This document shows, piece after piece, positions 8,708-17,372 of a stretch of DNA of 57,903 nucleotides; position 1 is the first letter of the stretch; each line of letters opens with the position of its first letter. This DNA is from Levilinea sp. Lineage in GTDB: Bacteria > Chloroflexota > Anaerolineae > Anaerolineales > Anaerolineaceae. The notes beneath the pieces were generated by a model that searched no databases, was not told the origin of the DNA, and saw only the letters and a program-made list of their open reading frames with translations. Both the position numbers and the translations under genes were made by a program. Location: positions 21,938 through 79,840 of the forward strand of contig DAIOUB010000002.1 in NCBI GenBank assembly GCA_036751735.1, in the 5' to 3' direction.

Positions 8708-10048
8708 TTAAAACTTTTGGTTATAGCGCTCCCACACCTGAGGGGCGATACGCAGCGCTTCTTCCATCACCGCGGCCTCATCCAAAACCAGGATCTTGCG
8801 GTCGCGCATCAGCACTTTTCCTGCAACCATGGTAGTAGTGATCATGCTTTCATTGAACCCAAACAGGATGTGCCAGGGGGCATTGCCGCCAGTGAAAGGC
8901 GTAAACGGCTTGTAATCCACGAAAATCAGATCCGCCCAGGCTCCTGGCGCAATCACACCCACGGGTACGCCGCCAAATTGAGTCTGTGCCAGCTGCTGAT
9001 TGTTATACACAGCCATTTCCACCAGGTCGTAGCCGCCCATACGCCGCGGATCCAGATTCCACAGCTTGTGCGCCAGATAAGCGGTCTTCCATTCTTCCCA
9101 CATCGCGTTGGAAAAGCCGTCATTCCCCAGACAAACCTTAATCCCCGCCCGCATCATCGACTCCACCGCGGGCAGCCCCACAGCATTGTTCATGTTCGAA
9201 CGCGGCTGGTGGCTGACCCAGGTTTTGGTTTCTGCCAGGTAGGCGATCTCCTTGGCGTCCACATGTACCGCGTGCACAATGATCGAGCGGTCACCCAAAA
9301 TGCCAAAATGATGCAGCCGGTCCACCACACGTTTGCCGCTTTTCGCCAGGGAGTCATACTCATCCACCGAATGTTCGGCCACGTGGATATGAAAGCCGTA
9401 GCCCGATGGAATTTCCGTCCGGCAGCGCTCCAGGGTCGCGTCAGAGACGGTCAGGCTGGCGTGAATGCCAAAGGTGGCCGCCAACAGCGGATTCTTTTCC
9501 TGTTCCACCCGCCGGATAAAGCGCACGTTCTCGCGGATCCCCGCTTTCGAGCGCTCCTCCCCATCTCGATCCGTCACCTCGTAACACAGCGAGCAGCGTA
9601 AACCCGTTTCTTTCGCAGCATCCGCCACAAGATCCAGCGATCCGTCAATCGCATACGGTGACGCGTGGTGATCAATCAGCGTTGTGGTGCCGTGTTTGAT
9701 AGCGTCAATCATGCAGACCAGCGCCGAATATTTCACCGCCTGGTCATCCAGCGATTTATCCAGAGGCCACCACAATTTCTCCAAAATTTCGGGAAAGTCT
9801 TTAGCAGGCGAACCAGGGATCGCCATCCCGCGCGAATAAGCCCCATAAAAATGGGTATGCGCGCATATGTTCCCCGGCATCACGTACTGCCCGCCCGCAT
9901 CCAACTTTTCCTCCTGCGGGTAGCGCGCCGTCAGTTCGGCCTGCGGCGCAACTTCCACGATTTTCCCATCGCGAATCAAAACGGCCTGACCGTCCAGAAT
10001 CCGATTCGGTTTTTCCCAGGTTAAAATCTTACCGTTGACAATCAGCAT
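8708..10048 (-). CDS. ssnA: SsnA-like amidohydrolase (purine/urate ring-opening type)
   Basis: MPG.I.AHTHFY, F.EILEKLWW.LD, GTTT.IDHHASP, CYEVTDRDG, G.HAS.T, HIHVAE, SNMNNAVG and LG.DG motifs. Confidence 0.9.
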   Translation of the reverse strand: MLIVNGKILTWEKPNRILDGQAVLIRDGKIVEVAPQAELTARYPQEEKLDAGGQYVMPGNICAHTHFYGAYSRGMAIPGSPAKDFPEILEKLWWPLDKSLDDQAVKYSALVCMIDAIKHGTTTLIDHHASPYAIDGSLDLVADAAKETGLRCSLCYEVTDRDGEERSKAGIRENVRFIRRVEQEKNPLLAATFGIHASLTVSDATLERCRTEIPSGYGFHIHVAEHSVDEYDSLAKSGKRVVDRLHHFGILGDRSIIVHAVHVDAKEIAYLAETKTWVSHQPRSNMNNAVGLPAVESMMRAGIKVCLGNDGFSNAMWEEWKTAYLAHKLWNLDPRRMGGYDLVEMAVYNNQQLAQTQFGGVPVGVIAPGAWADLIFVDYKPFTPFTGGNAPWHILFGFNESMITTTMVAGKVLMRDRKILVLDEAAVMEEALRIAPQVWERYNQKF

Positions 10049-10049
10049 C

Positions 10050-12851
10050 CTAACCTGCCTTTTCCGCCGCTAACGCTTCGGCAATTTTTTCTTGATCCAC
10101 CGGCAGCGAGTCCACCCGCACACCGACTGCGTTGTAAATTGCGTTTGTAATGGCCGGCGTGGTGGGAATGCTGACGATTTCGCCGATCCCCTTGGCCCCA
10201 TACGGGCCGCCGGAAGTTGCGTGCTCCACGATGATCGAGGTGATTTCCGGTGTGTGCGTGATAGACGGGATGCGGTAGCGCGCCAACCGGTCGGTGACCA
10301 CCCGACCCTCATCCAAAATGAAATGCTCCGTCAGCGCATTCCCCAACCCCATCATCACACCCCCTTCCACCTGCCCTTGCAGCCCCAGGGGGTTAATGGC
10401 AGTGCCCACGTCCGTTGCCGCCACAATGCGTACCACCCGCACTTCACCCGTCAGCCGGTTCACTTCCACCTCGGCAGCCTGCACCCCAAACCCAAAGGCA
10501 AAGTGCATATCACCTTCTTCTCCCAACGGGCGGGTGGCCGGGGCCCAGTATTCAAACATCGAGCGCGGTGCACGCCCTTCGCTCTGCATTTCGCTGGCCA
10601 GAGCGCCCAGGGGGATTTCCTGTCCATTCACCTGAGCCAAGCCCTCAACAAAGCGGATCTGTTCCGGCGGGACGTCATATTTTTCGGCCAGCATCGAGGT
10701 CAACGCCTGCCGCAGCGCCACAGCCGCCCCTCGGGCAGCGTTTCCAGTCACATACGTCTGCCGCGACGCGGTGGTGGGGCCGCCGTCCGGGGTCAAATCC
10801 GTATCCGACAGCAGCACATGCACGCGTTCGCCGCGCACCCCGAATTCTTCCGCCACGATCATGCGCAGAACCGTCACCAACCCCTGTCCGATCTCCGCCG
10901 CCGAGGTGCGCACTTCCAAAGTCCCATCGGGATACAGTTCAACTTCCGCGCCAGACTTATCCGGCGCACCGCCGCCCAAACCGGTGTTCTTGTAGGCCGC
11001 CGCCAACCCCCAGGCACGCACTAGATGAGGGCTGCCTTCCACTTCACGCGGAGCAAACGGGTCTGGGCCAGCCAGGCGCTGTAATTCCGCCTCAACCTTC
11101 TCAATGCACTCCACCAGGCCCACGCTGTCGCGCAGCACCTGGCCGGTATTGGTGATGCTCCCCACCCGCAGCGCGTTTTTCTTGCGCAGTTCAATGCGAT
11201 CCATGCCCAGGTGTTCAGCCAGCATGTCCATCATCGATTCCACTGCGAACGCCGATTGGGTCACCCCAAACCCGCGGAACGCGCCCGCCGGGGGATTGTT
11301 CGTATACATCGCGTAACAATCCGCTTTCACGTTGGCAATGCTGTACGGGCCGGAGGAATGTGTGGTGGCGCGGGTCATCACCTTCTCGCCCAACGAAGCG
11401 TAAGCGCCCGTATCCCCATAAAGCTCCGTCTCCGCCGAAACCAACGTCCCGTCCCGCAGGGCGCCCACCTTCACCCGAATTTGGGTCGCATGCCGCTTGG
11501 GATGCACCACCAGGCTTTCATGCCGGTCGAAGAGGATCTTCACCGGCCGCTGCGTGGCGTTTGCCAGCAAAGCGGAGTGAATCTGCCCCATGATGTCTTC
11601 TTTCCCGCCGAAGCCGCCGCCGATCAGGGTTCCAATGATCCGCACCCGTTCCTCAGGCCACCCCAACGCACGAGCCACCTGGTTACGGTCGGCGTATGGG
11701 ATTTGCGATCCAACGTACACTTCCATGCGGCCTTCGTCATTCACCCGGGCAATGCTGCACTCCGGCTCCAGAAAAGCGTGGTCGGTTGTGGGAGTGTGGA
11801 AGACATGCTCCATCACCACATCTGCCTGTTCAAAGCCGGCTTCCGTGGAACCCTTTCGGACCTTAATGTGCTTGAGCAGGTTCCCACCGGGGTGCAGCGC
11901 TTCTGTTTCGGGCTTGCGCGCCTGCACCGGGTCTTGGATCACCGGCAGCAGTTCGTATTCAGCTTCGATCAATTCCAAGGCTTCCGCGGCGATTTCTTTG
12001 GTCTCCGCCGCCACAATCGCCACCGTATCGCCCACGTAGCGGACGCGCTCGCCAATCCCTACCATCGTCGGCCAATCCGGGATCACCAGGCCGTGATAAT
12101 GATCTCCGGGGATATCTTCGGCGGTCAAAACAGCCCACACGCCCGCAAGGTTCCTGGCTTTGGAAACATCCAATTTTTTCAAACGCCCGTGGGGGATCCC
12201 CGTTCGCTTCGCCCGGCCGTACAGCATCCCTTCAAATTTCAAGTCATCTGTGTAAATGGCTTCACCGGTGGTTTTTTCCACCGCTTCCGGACGAAGTTCC
12301 ACCCGCCCAATCACCTTCTGTGCGCGGGTTGATTCTTGAATTTGGGGCGGCTGTACCGGCTGTCCCGTGCGCATCGCCTCCGCCGCCGCCAGAACGGCAC
12401 GTTCAATCGTCGGGTAGCCAGCGCACCGGCACAAGGTATCTTTCAGCGCATGCTGAATATCCTCGGCCTTCGGCTCCGGCTTTTTCAGCAGCAGCGCGTA
12501 TGAGGTCATAATCTGCCCAGGGATACAAAAACCGCACTGCACCGCGCCGTGCAGAATAAATGCCTCCTGCAAAGGGTGCAAGTGGTCTTCATCCCCGCTG
12601 ATATGCCGCAGTCCTTCGATGGTCAGGATTTCGCGTCCCTGAGCTCGCATCGCGGGAAAGGTGCAGGACAGGATCGGCTTATTATCAATCAGCACCGTGC
12701 AGGCTCCGCACTCCGCTTCATTACAGCCAATCTTGGTCCCCGTCAATCCCAACCGCTCGCGCAGCATCTCCGCTAACATTTCGCCTGGGCGGGCAGGTAA
12801 ACGCACCTGCTTCCCATTAACGATACACTCAATCAGGGTTTGATCTGTCAT
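10050..12851 (-). CDS. Xanthine dehydrogenase-family molybdenum hydroxylase, fused 2x(2Fe-2S) + molybdopterin subunit
   Basis: GCNEAECGAC, QCGFC and CRCAGY; GGGFGGK, AFRGFG, GGPTTASRQT, QVEGG and AKGIGE (catalytic Glu present). Confidence 0.93.
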   Translation of the reverse strand: MTDQTLIECIVNGKQVRLPARPGEMLAEMLRERLGLTGTKIGCNEAECGACTVLIDNKPILSCTFPAMRAQGREILTIEGLRHISGDEDHLHPLQEAFILHGAVQCGFCIPGQIMTSYALLLKKPEPKAEDIQHALKDTLCRCAGYPTIERAVLAAAEAMRTGQPVQPPQIQESTRAQKVIGRVELRPEAVEKTTGEAIYTDDLKFEGMLYGRAKRTGIPHGRLKKLDVSKARNLAGVWAVLTAEDIPGDHYHGLVIPDWPTMVGIGERVRYVGDTVAIVAAETKEIAAEALELIEAEYELLPVIQDPVQARKPETEALHPGGNLLKHIKVRKGSTEAGFEQADVVMEHVFHTPTTDHAFLEPECSIARVNDEGRMEVYVGSQIPYADRNQVARALGWPEERVRIIGTLIGGGFGGKEDIMGQIHSALLANATQRPVKILFDRHESLVVHPKRHATQIRVKVGALRDGTLVSAETELYGDTGAYASLGEKVMTRATTHSSGPYSIANVKADCYAMYTNNPPAGAFRGFGVTQSAFAVESMMDMLAEHLGMDRIELRKKNALRVGSITNTGQVLRDSVGLVECIEKVEAELQRLAGPDPFAPREVEGSPHLVRAWGLAAAYKNTGLGGGAPDKSGAEVELYPDGTLEVRTSAAEIGQGLVTVLRMIVAEEFGVRGERVHVLLSDTDLTPDGGPTTASRQTYVTGNAARGAAVALRQALTSMLAEKYDVPPEQIRFVEGLAQVNGQEIPLGALASEMQSEGRAPRSMFEYWAPATRPLGEEGDMHFAFGFGVQAAEVEVNRLTGEVRVVRIVAATDVGTAINPLGLQGQVEGGVMMGLGNALTEHFILDEGRVVTDRLARYRIPSITHTPEITSIIVEHATSGGPYGAKGIGEIVSIPTTPAITNAIYNAVGVRVDSLPVDQEKIAEALAAEKAG

Positions 12852-12869
12852 TCCACTGCTCCTTCACCA

Positions 12870-13763
12870 TTAAAACGTATGAGAGGCGGGTTTGCCTGCC
12901 CGCTGCCAGGCCTTTTGAACCACCTCGCGCAGCAGCACCCCAGCCAATTTTCGGCGGTACTCCGCCGTCGCTCGCTGCGGGCTGGTGCGGAATTTGACGC
13001 TGTCCAGCATGGCTTTCAACCCGTCATTCAAGCTTTCTTCGCCGTACACCTTTCCGCGCAGAGCGTCTTCCGCAGCGAGAATGCGCTGCGGAATGGGGCC
13101 CGACGGCCCCACCGCGATGCGGATATCCTGAATACGGTCTCCGTCGCGCTCCAACCAGGCGGCCATATTGATCACCGGCAGCGCCACCCCCTGCGGCCGC
13201 ATGATGCGGCTAAAAGCAGAAGCCTGATTTGCATTTCGCAAGGGCAGGTAAAAACCAGAGATAATCTCGCCGTGAGGATCTAAAGCCGATTTTCCGGGCC
13301 CCAGGAACAAAGTGTTCAACGCCTGACGTCTCAGTCCCTGAGCGCTGGCAATTTCCACTTCGGCGTTGAGCGCCATAATGGAAATCGTACCGTCCGCTGC
13401 GGGCAGCGCATGGGCCACGTTCCCACCCAGCGTGCCGGTATTGCGCACCTGCGGGCCGCCAATCAACCCACTCGCCTCGCTTAACGCCTGGGCATGTTCG
13501 AATACCAGCTCAGATGTAGAGATTTGGCTCAGGGGAACCGACGCACCAATAAAGAGATGCGCCCCGCGCATTTCCAGCACCTGCATCTCTCGCACCTGAT
13601 TCACATCCACCAGAGTGTCCACAGGCGGATGCCGGCCTTGCTGCAAATCTAACAGCAAATCTGTGCCGCCAGCGATGACGCGGGCAGAACCAGGAGCCTG
13701 GCTTAACAGCTCAATTGCTTCGTCTAATGTGGCAGGGAGGTAATAGTGATTCCAGATGGTCAT
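12870..13763 (-). CDS. FAD-binding subunit of xanthine dehydrogenase family
   Basis: IAGGTDL and IGGPQVRNTGTLGGNVAHA.PAAD motifs; C-terminal R.TAEYR. Confidence 0.93.
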   Translation of the reverse strand: MTIWNHYYLPATLDEAIELLSQAPGSARVIAGGTDLLLDLQQGRHPPVDTLVDVNQVREMQVLEMRGAHLFIGASVPLSQISTSELVFEHAQALSEASGLIGGPQVRNTGTLGGNVAHALPAADGTISIMALNAEVEIASAQGLRRQALNTLFLGPGKSALDPHGEIISGFYLPLRNANQASAFSRIMRPQGVALPVINMAAWLERDGDRIQDIRIAVGPSGPIPQRILAAEDALRGKVYGEESLNDGLKAMLDSVKFRTSPQRATAEYRRKLAGVLLREVVQKAWQRAGKPASHTF

Positions 13764-13865
13764 AGGGATCGGTGGCCCAACTAGTTGGCGGCACTTTTCG
13801 ACGGGTTATTTGGATTTCCCGACGCCGATTCAGGATGGCCCTGAACCGACCACCGAACCTTACTC
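13764..13865 (-). ncRNA. Candidate structured 5' leader (four-way junction; possible riboswitch) of the purine/F420 operon
   Basis: P1 UCGGUGGUC/GGCCACCGA encloses P2 GGUUCAGG/CCUGAAUC, P3 GGCG..CGGG/CCCG..UGCC and P4 CCAA-CUAG-UUGG. It ends 5 nt before an ATG lacking a Shine-Dalgarno. No known family recognised. Confidence 0.5.
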
Positions 13866-13871
13866 TGAATA

Positions 13872-13900
13872 ATTGTAGCAAATCCAATTCTACAGCGCAA
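13872..13900 (-). promoter_or_regulatory. Sigma70-type promoter of the xdh/ssnA/F420 operon
   Basis: TTGCGC-17 bp-TACAAT with a TGn extended -10 on the minus strand. Confidence 0.7.
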
Positions 13901-13956
13901 TAGCTTCACAGCCGGATTTCGCATATAATCATAACAGATCGAATAGGAGATAAGTC

Positions 13957-15336
13957 ATGCCAAATCATCGCGCTGCCGCATTGGATTACTTGAACGCTCA
14001 GGAACACGTCGCCCTGGAACGATTGACTCAGCTTTGCAGCATTCCGTCGGTATCCACCGACCCCGATCATGCTGCCGATATGCTGAAAGCTGCCGATTGG
14101 ATTGCCGATCAATTCAAATACATTGGCCTGGATCATATCCAGGTTTTCCCCACGCAAAGGCATCCTATCGTTTTTGGCCAGTATTGCGCCGATAAAATCG
14201 ATGCCCCCACCGTCTTGATTTACGGGCATTATGATGTCCAACCGGCTGCCCCTCTGGAACTCTGGCATTCCGACCCCTTTAAACCCGAAATTCGCGAGGA
14301 TCGGCTGTATGCTCGCGGCGCATCGGACATGAAAGGTCAGGTTGTGGCCGCCATTCAAGCGGTACAGGCCGTCATCAGCACCAACCACCTCCCCGTCAAC
14401 ATTAAATTCATCATCGAGGGCGAGGAAGAAATCGGTTCACCCAGCATGCCGCGTTTCTTGCGCGAACAAAAGCAGATTCTCTCCGCCGATGTCTGTCTCA
14501 ATCCCGATGCCGGCATGGTCTCCCCCACCACCCCCACCATCACCTACGGTCTGCGCGGCCTGGCCTATTTTGAGCTGTATGTTTACGGCCCCGACCACGA
14601 CCTTCACTCAGGCATGTTTGGCGGCGTGGTGCACAACCCCGCTCATGCCCTGGCCGAGCTGATCGCCGGAATGCATGACGAGCAGCAGCGCATCACCCTC
14701 CCCGGCTTTTACGACAGCGTGCGCACTTTGACCCCCGATGAGCATCACGAATTCAGCCGTCTTCCTGTCAGCCGTGAATCGTATTTGCGTCAGACAGGTG
14801 CACCAGAGCTGTGGGGAGAAAGCGATTTTCTGCCCCAGGAACGCGTCGGCGTCCGTCCCACCCTGGATGTCAACGGCATGATCTCCGGTTTTACCGGCGC
14901 CGGTTCGAAAACCATCATCCCCTCTCAGGCTATGGCCAAGATTTCCATGCGGCTGGTTCCCGACCAGCAGCCTGCCCAAGTTGCCCAGCAGCTGCGCCAG
15001 TACCTGGAAGAGCGCGCTCCCAAGACCATCCGGTGGGAACTGAAAGATATGCAGGGCGGCCCCGCCTGCATCGCCGACCGCAATCATCCGGCCGCGCAGG
15101 CGCTGGCCAAAGCCATGGAACAGGTTTGGAATGTGCCCCCCATCTATAAACGCGAGGGCGGGTCCATCCCTGTGGTGGGCGCCATGCAGGACATCCTGGG
15201 TATGGATTCGGTGCTGACTGGCTTTGGTTTGCCGGATGATAACATTCACTCACCCAACGAAAAACTTCACCTTCCTACCTGGTATGCGGGGATGAAGGCC
15301 CTGGTGCATTTCTTTTATAACTTAGTCGAGGCTTAA
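13957..15336 (+). CDS. M20/M25/M40 family metallopeptidase (dipeptidase-like)
   Basis: YGHYDVQP, ARGASD.KG, EGEEE.GS, DLHSG.FGG, EGGSIP and HSPNE motifs; AGGAG RBS. Confidence 0.92.
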   Translation: MPNHRAAALDYLNAQEHVALERLTQLCSIPSVSTDPDHAADMLKAADWIADQFKYIGLDHIQVFPTQRHPIVFGQYCADKIDAPTVLIYGHYDVQPAAPLELWHSDPFKPEIREDRLYARGASDMKGQVVAAIQAVQAVISTNHLPVNIKFIIEGEEEIGSPSMPRFLREQKQILSADVCLNPDAGMVSPTTPTITYGLRGLAYFELYVYGPDHDLHSGMFGGVVHNPAHALAELIAGMHDEQQRITLPGFYDSVRTLTPDEHHEFSRLPVSRESYLRQTGAPELWGESDFLPQERVGVRPTLDVNGMISGFTGAGSKTIIPSQAMAKISMRLVPDQQPAQVAQQLRQYLEERAPKTIRWELKDMQGGPACIADRNHPAAQALAKAMEQVWNVPPIYKREGGSIPVVGAMQDILGMDSVLTGFGLPDDNIHSPNEKLHLPTWYAGMKALVHFFYNLVEA

Positions 15337-15344
15337 AGGTAACC

Positions 15345-16277
15345 ATGTCCACTCAAGAACGTATGCCTTCCTATGGAGGCCAGGCCCTCATTGAAGGGGT
15401 CCTCATGCGCGGTGCGCGTTACGTCGCCGCCGCCTTTCGTGCGCCCAACGGCGAAATTATCATCAAATCAGAACCCCTGGGCAAGATATACACCAGCCCA
15501 GTGCGCAAATGGCCGTTTCTGCGCGGCCTCATTCTGCTTTGGGATGCCCTCGGCCTGGGGATTCAATATTTGACCTTCTCAGCAAATATTCAGGGCGACG
15601 AAGAAGAAAAAATCGAAGGCCCCAAACTGTACCTCACCCTGGGTCTCTCAATGGGTATCGCCATCCTGATTTTCTTCGTGGCGCCTTCGGCCGTCGCCCA
15701 CCTCTTTGAAAGCTGGTTAAAGCTTTCCACCTGGTGGGGCAGCGTCATTGAAGGCGTCGTTCGCCTGGCCGTCCTCATTGGTTACGTGTGGGGTATTGGG
15801 AAAATGCCCGAAATACGCCGTGTGTATCAATACCACGGCGCTGAGCATAAAACCATCAACGCCTTTGAAGCCGGCATTGAACTGACCCCCGAAAATGTGC
15901 AAGCCTGCTCGCGCGAGCACCCTCGCTGCGGCACAGCTTTTCTGCTCACCCTGGTGCTGCTGTCCATCGTGGTGTTCTCGCTGTTGGGTCCCCTGCCCAT
16001 TTTCTGGCGGTTGGCATCGCGCATCCTCCTCATCCCCCCGCTGGCGGGCGTCGCCTATGAGATCATCAAATTTACCGCCAATAACCTCACCAACCCCATT
16101 GTGAAATTTCTCATCCGGCCCAATCTGGCCATGCAAAGCCTCACTACAGCCGAGCCCGATCTGCCCATGTTAGAAGTTTCGATTGCCGCCTTCAACCGCA
16201 TGTACGCCCTGGAAAACCAGGAGATGTCGCTGCAAAACGCTTCGGTTGCTGCAAAACAAGAGGGGGCGGCTGTCTAA
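15345..16277 (+). CDS. DUF1385 (YqhQ-like) membrane protein
   Basis: GGQA.IEGV.MR, YHGAEHKTI, HPRCGT.F and Q.LTT.EP motifs. Confidence 0.9.
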   Translation: MSTQERMPSYGGQALIEGVLMRGARYVAAAFRAPNGEIIIKSEPLGKIYTSPVRKWPFLRGLILLWDALGLGIQYLTFSANIQGDEEEKIEGPKLYLTLGLSMGIAILIFFVAPSAVAHLFESWLKLSTWWGSVIEGVVRLAVLIGYVWGIGKMPEIRRVYQYHGAEHKTINAFEAGIELTPENVQACSREHPRCGTAFLLTLVLLSIVVFSLLGPLPIFWRLASRILLIPPLAGVAYEIIKFTANNLTNPIVKFLIRPNLAMQSLTTAEPDLPMLEVSIAAFNRMYALENQEMSLQNASVAAKQEGAAV

Positions 16278-16306
16278 AATCAGCGCTTAGACGGGAGGGG
16301 ATCCGT

Positions 16307-16894
16307 TTGAAAACCTGGCAACATTATCTGATCGCCTTTTTCTTGGGCATCATTGCGACCTGCGTGCTCTACATCATCGCCAGGCAGCCCGTGGGTGAGC
16401 CGGTCGTCCTTTTACCCATGCCCACCGAAGGCCCCATTCTGGTGGATGTTGCCGGCGCAGTCAATCGCCCCGGGGTCTATGCCCTTCCCCCCGACAGCCG
16501 CGTCTTTCAGGCTATCGAAATGGCTGGCGGATTCTCCACAGAAGCCGATCCCAATTCGGTGAATAAAGCCCTGCGCCTGAATGATGAGAACCGCGTGTAC
16601 GTTGCCAAAGTGGGCGAATTACAGGCCAAAAGCAGCGCCGGGCTGTCTGCTGCGGACCGCACCGGGGTTAGCCTGCCGAAAGATACTTCCTCTCTGGTGG
16701 ATATCAACACGGCCACCGCCGCCCAATTCCAGGATCTCCCCGGCATCGGCCCCACCCGCGCCGCGGATATTGTGAATTATCGTGAGAAAATCGGGGCTTT
16801 TGCCACCATAGAGCAATTAATGGATGTTCCAGGGATCGGGCCAACCACCTTTGAACAAATTCGCCCCCTCCTAACCTTAACCCCAGCAGACTGA
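16307..16894 (+). CDS. comEA: ComEA family DNA-binding protein (TM + SLBB + helix-hairpin-helix)
   Basis: N-terminal TM; VDVAGAV..PGVY; INTA....LPGIGP..A..I..YR...G.F..L..VPGIG. Confidence 0.9.
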   Translation: MKTWQHYLIAFFLGIIATCVLYIIARQPVGEPVVLLPMPTEGPILVDVAGAVNRPGVYALPPDSRVFQAIEMAGGFSTEADPNSVNKALRLNDENRVYVAKVGELQAKSSAGLSAADRTGVSLPKDTSSLVDINTATAAQFQDLPGIGPTRAADIVNYREKIGAFATIEQLMDVPGIGPTTFEQIRPLLTLTPAD

Positions 16895-16923
16895 TCCGAT
16901 CCAATTTGGAGTAAAATAAGGAT

Positions 16924-17370
16924 ATGACCACTAAAGAAAAGCTGGAACAAAACTTAAAAGATGCTATGCGCTCCAATAACGAGCTGAATAAACGCGTCAT
17001 TCGTCTGGCGCTCTCTACGATTAAATTGGAAGAGGTGAATAAGGGCAAACCGCTCGAAGAAGCCGATGTCTTAAATGTGCTTCAAAAAGAAATCAAAATG
17101 CGGCGAGAATCCATTGACGGTGCCCAAAAAGCGAACCGCCCAGACCTCATCCAGGGATACCAGGAAGAAATTGATGTTCTTTCCACGTATCTCCCCAAGC
17201 AGCTCACCCCCGAAGAGCTTCGTGCCCTGGCGATTGAAGCCATCCGGGAATCAGGGGCGGCTGCGCCTGCGGATATGGGTAAAGTGATGAAAGTCCTGCT
17301 GCCGCGCGTACAAGGGCAAATCCCCAACAGTGAAGTCAGCCAGGTGGTTCGGGAACTGCTCTCCTCCTGA
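16924..17370 (+). CDS. GatB/YqeY domain protein
   Basis: L..DAM+, KE.K.R.ES, YLPKQL..EE and DMGKVM motifs. Confidence 0.92.
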   Translation: MTTKEKLEQNLKDAMRSNNELNKRVIRLALSTIKLEEVNKGKPLEEADVLNVLQKEIKMRRESIDGAQKANRPDLIQGYQEEIDVLSTYLPKQLTPEELRALAIEAIRESGAAAPADMGKVMKVLLPRVQGQIPNSEVSQVVRELLSS

Positions 17371-17372
17371 TC

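Noticed and set aside
1187..12332. Long plus-strand ORFs antisense to the xdh/ssnA genes (e.g. 8702..9601, 10092..11024, 11211..12332)
   Set aside because: Shadow ORFs expected opposite GC-rich genes; no recognisable motifs.
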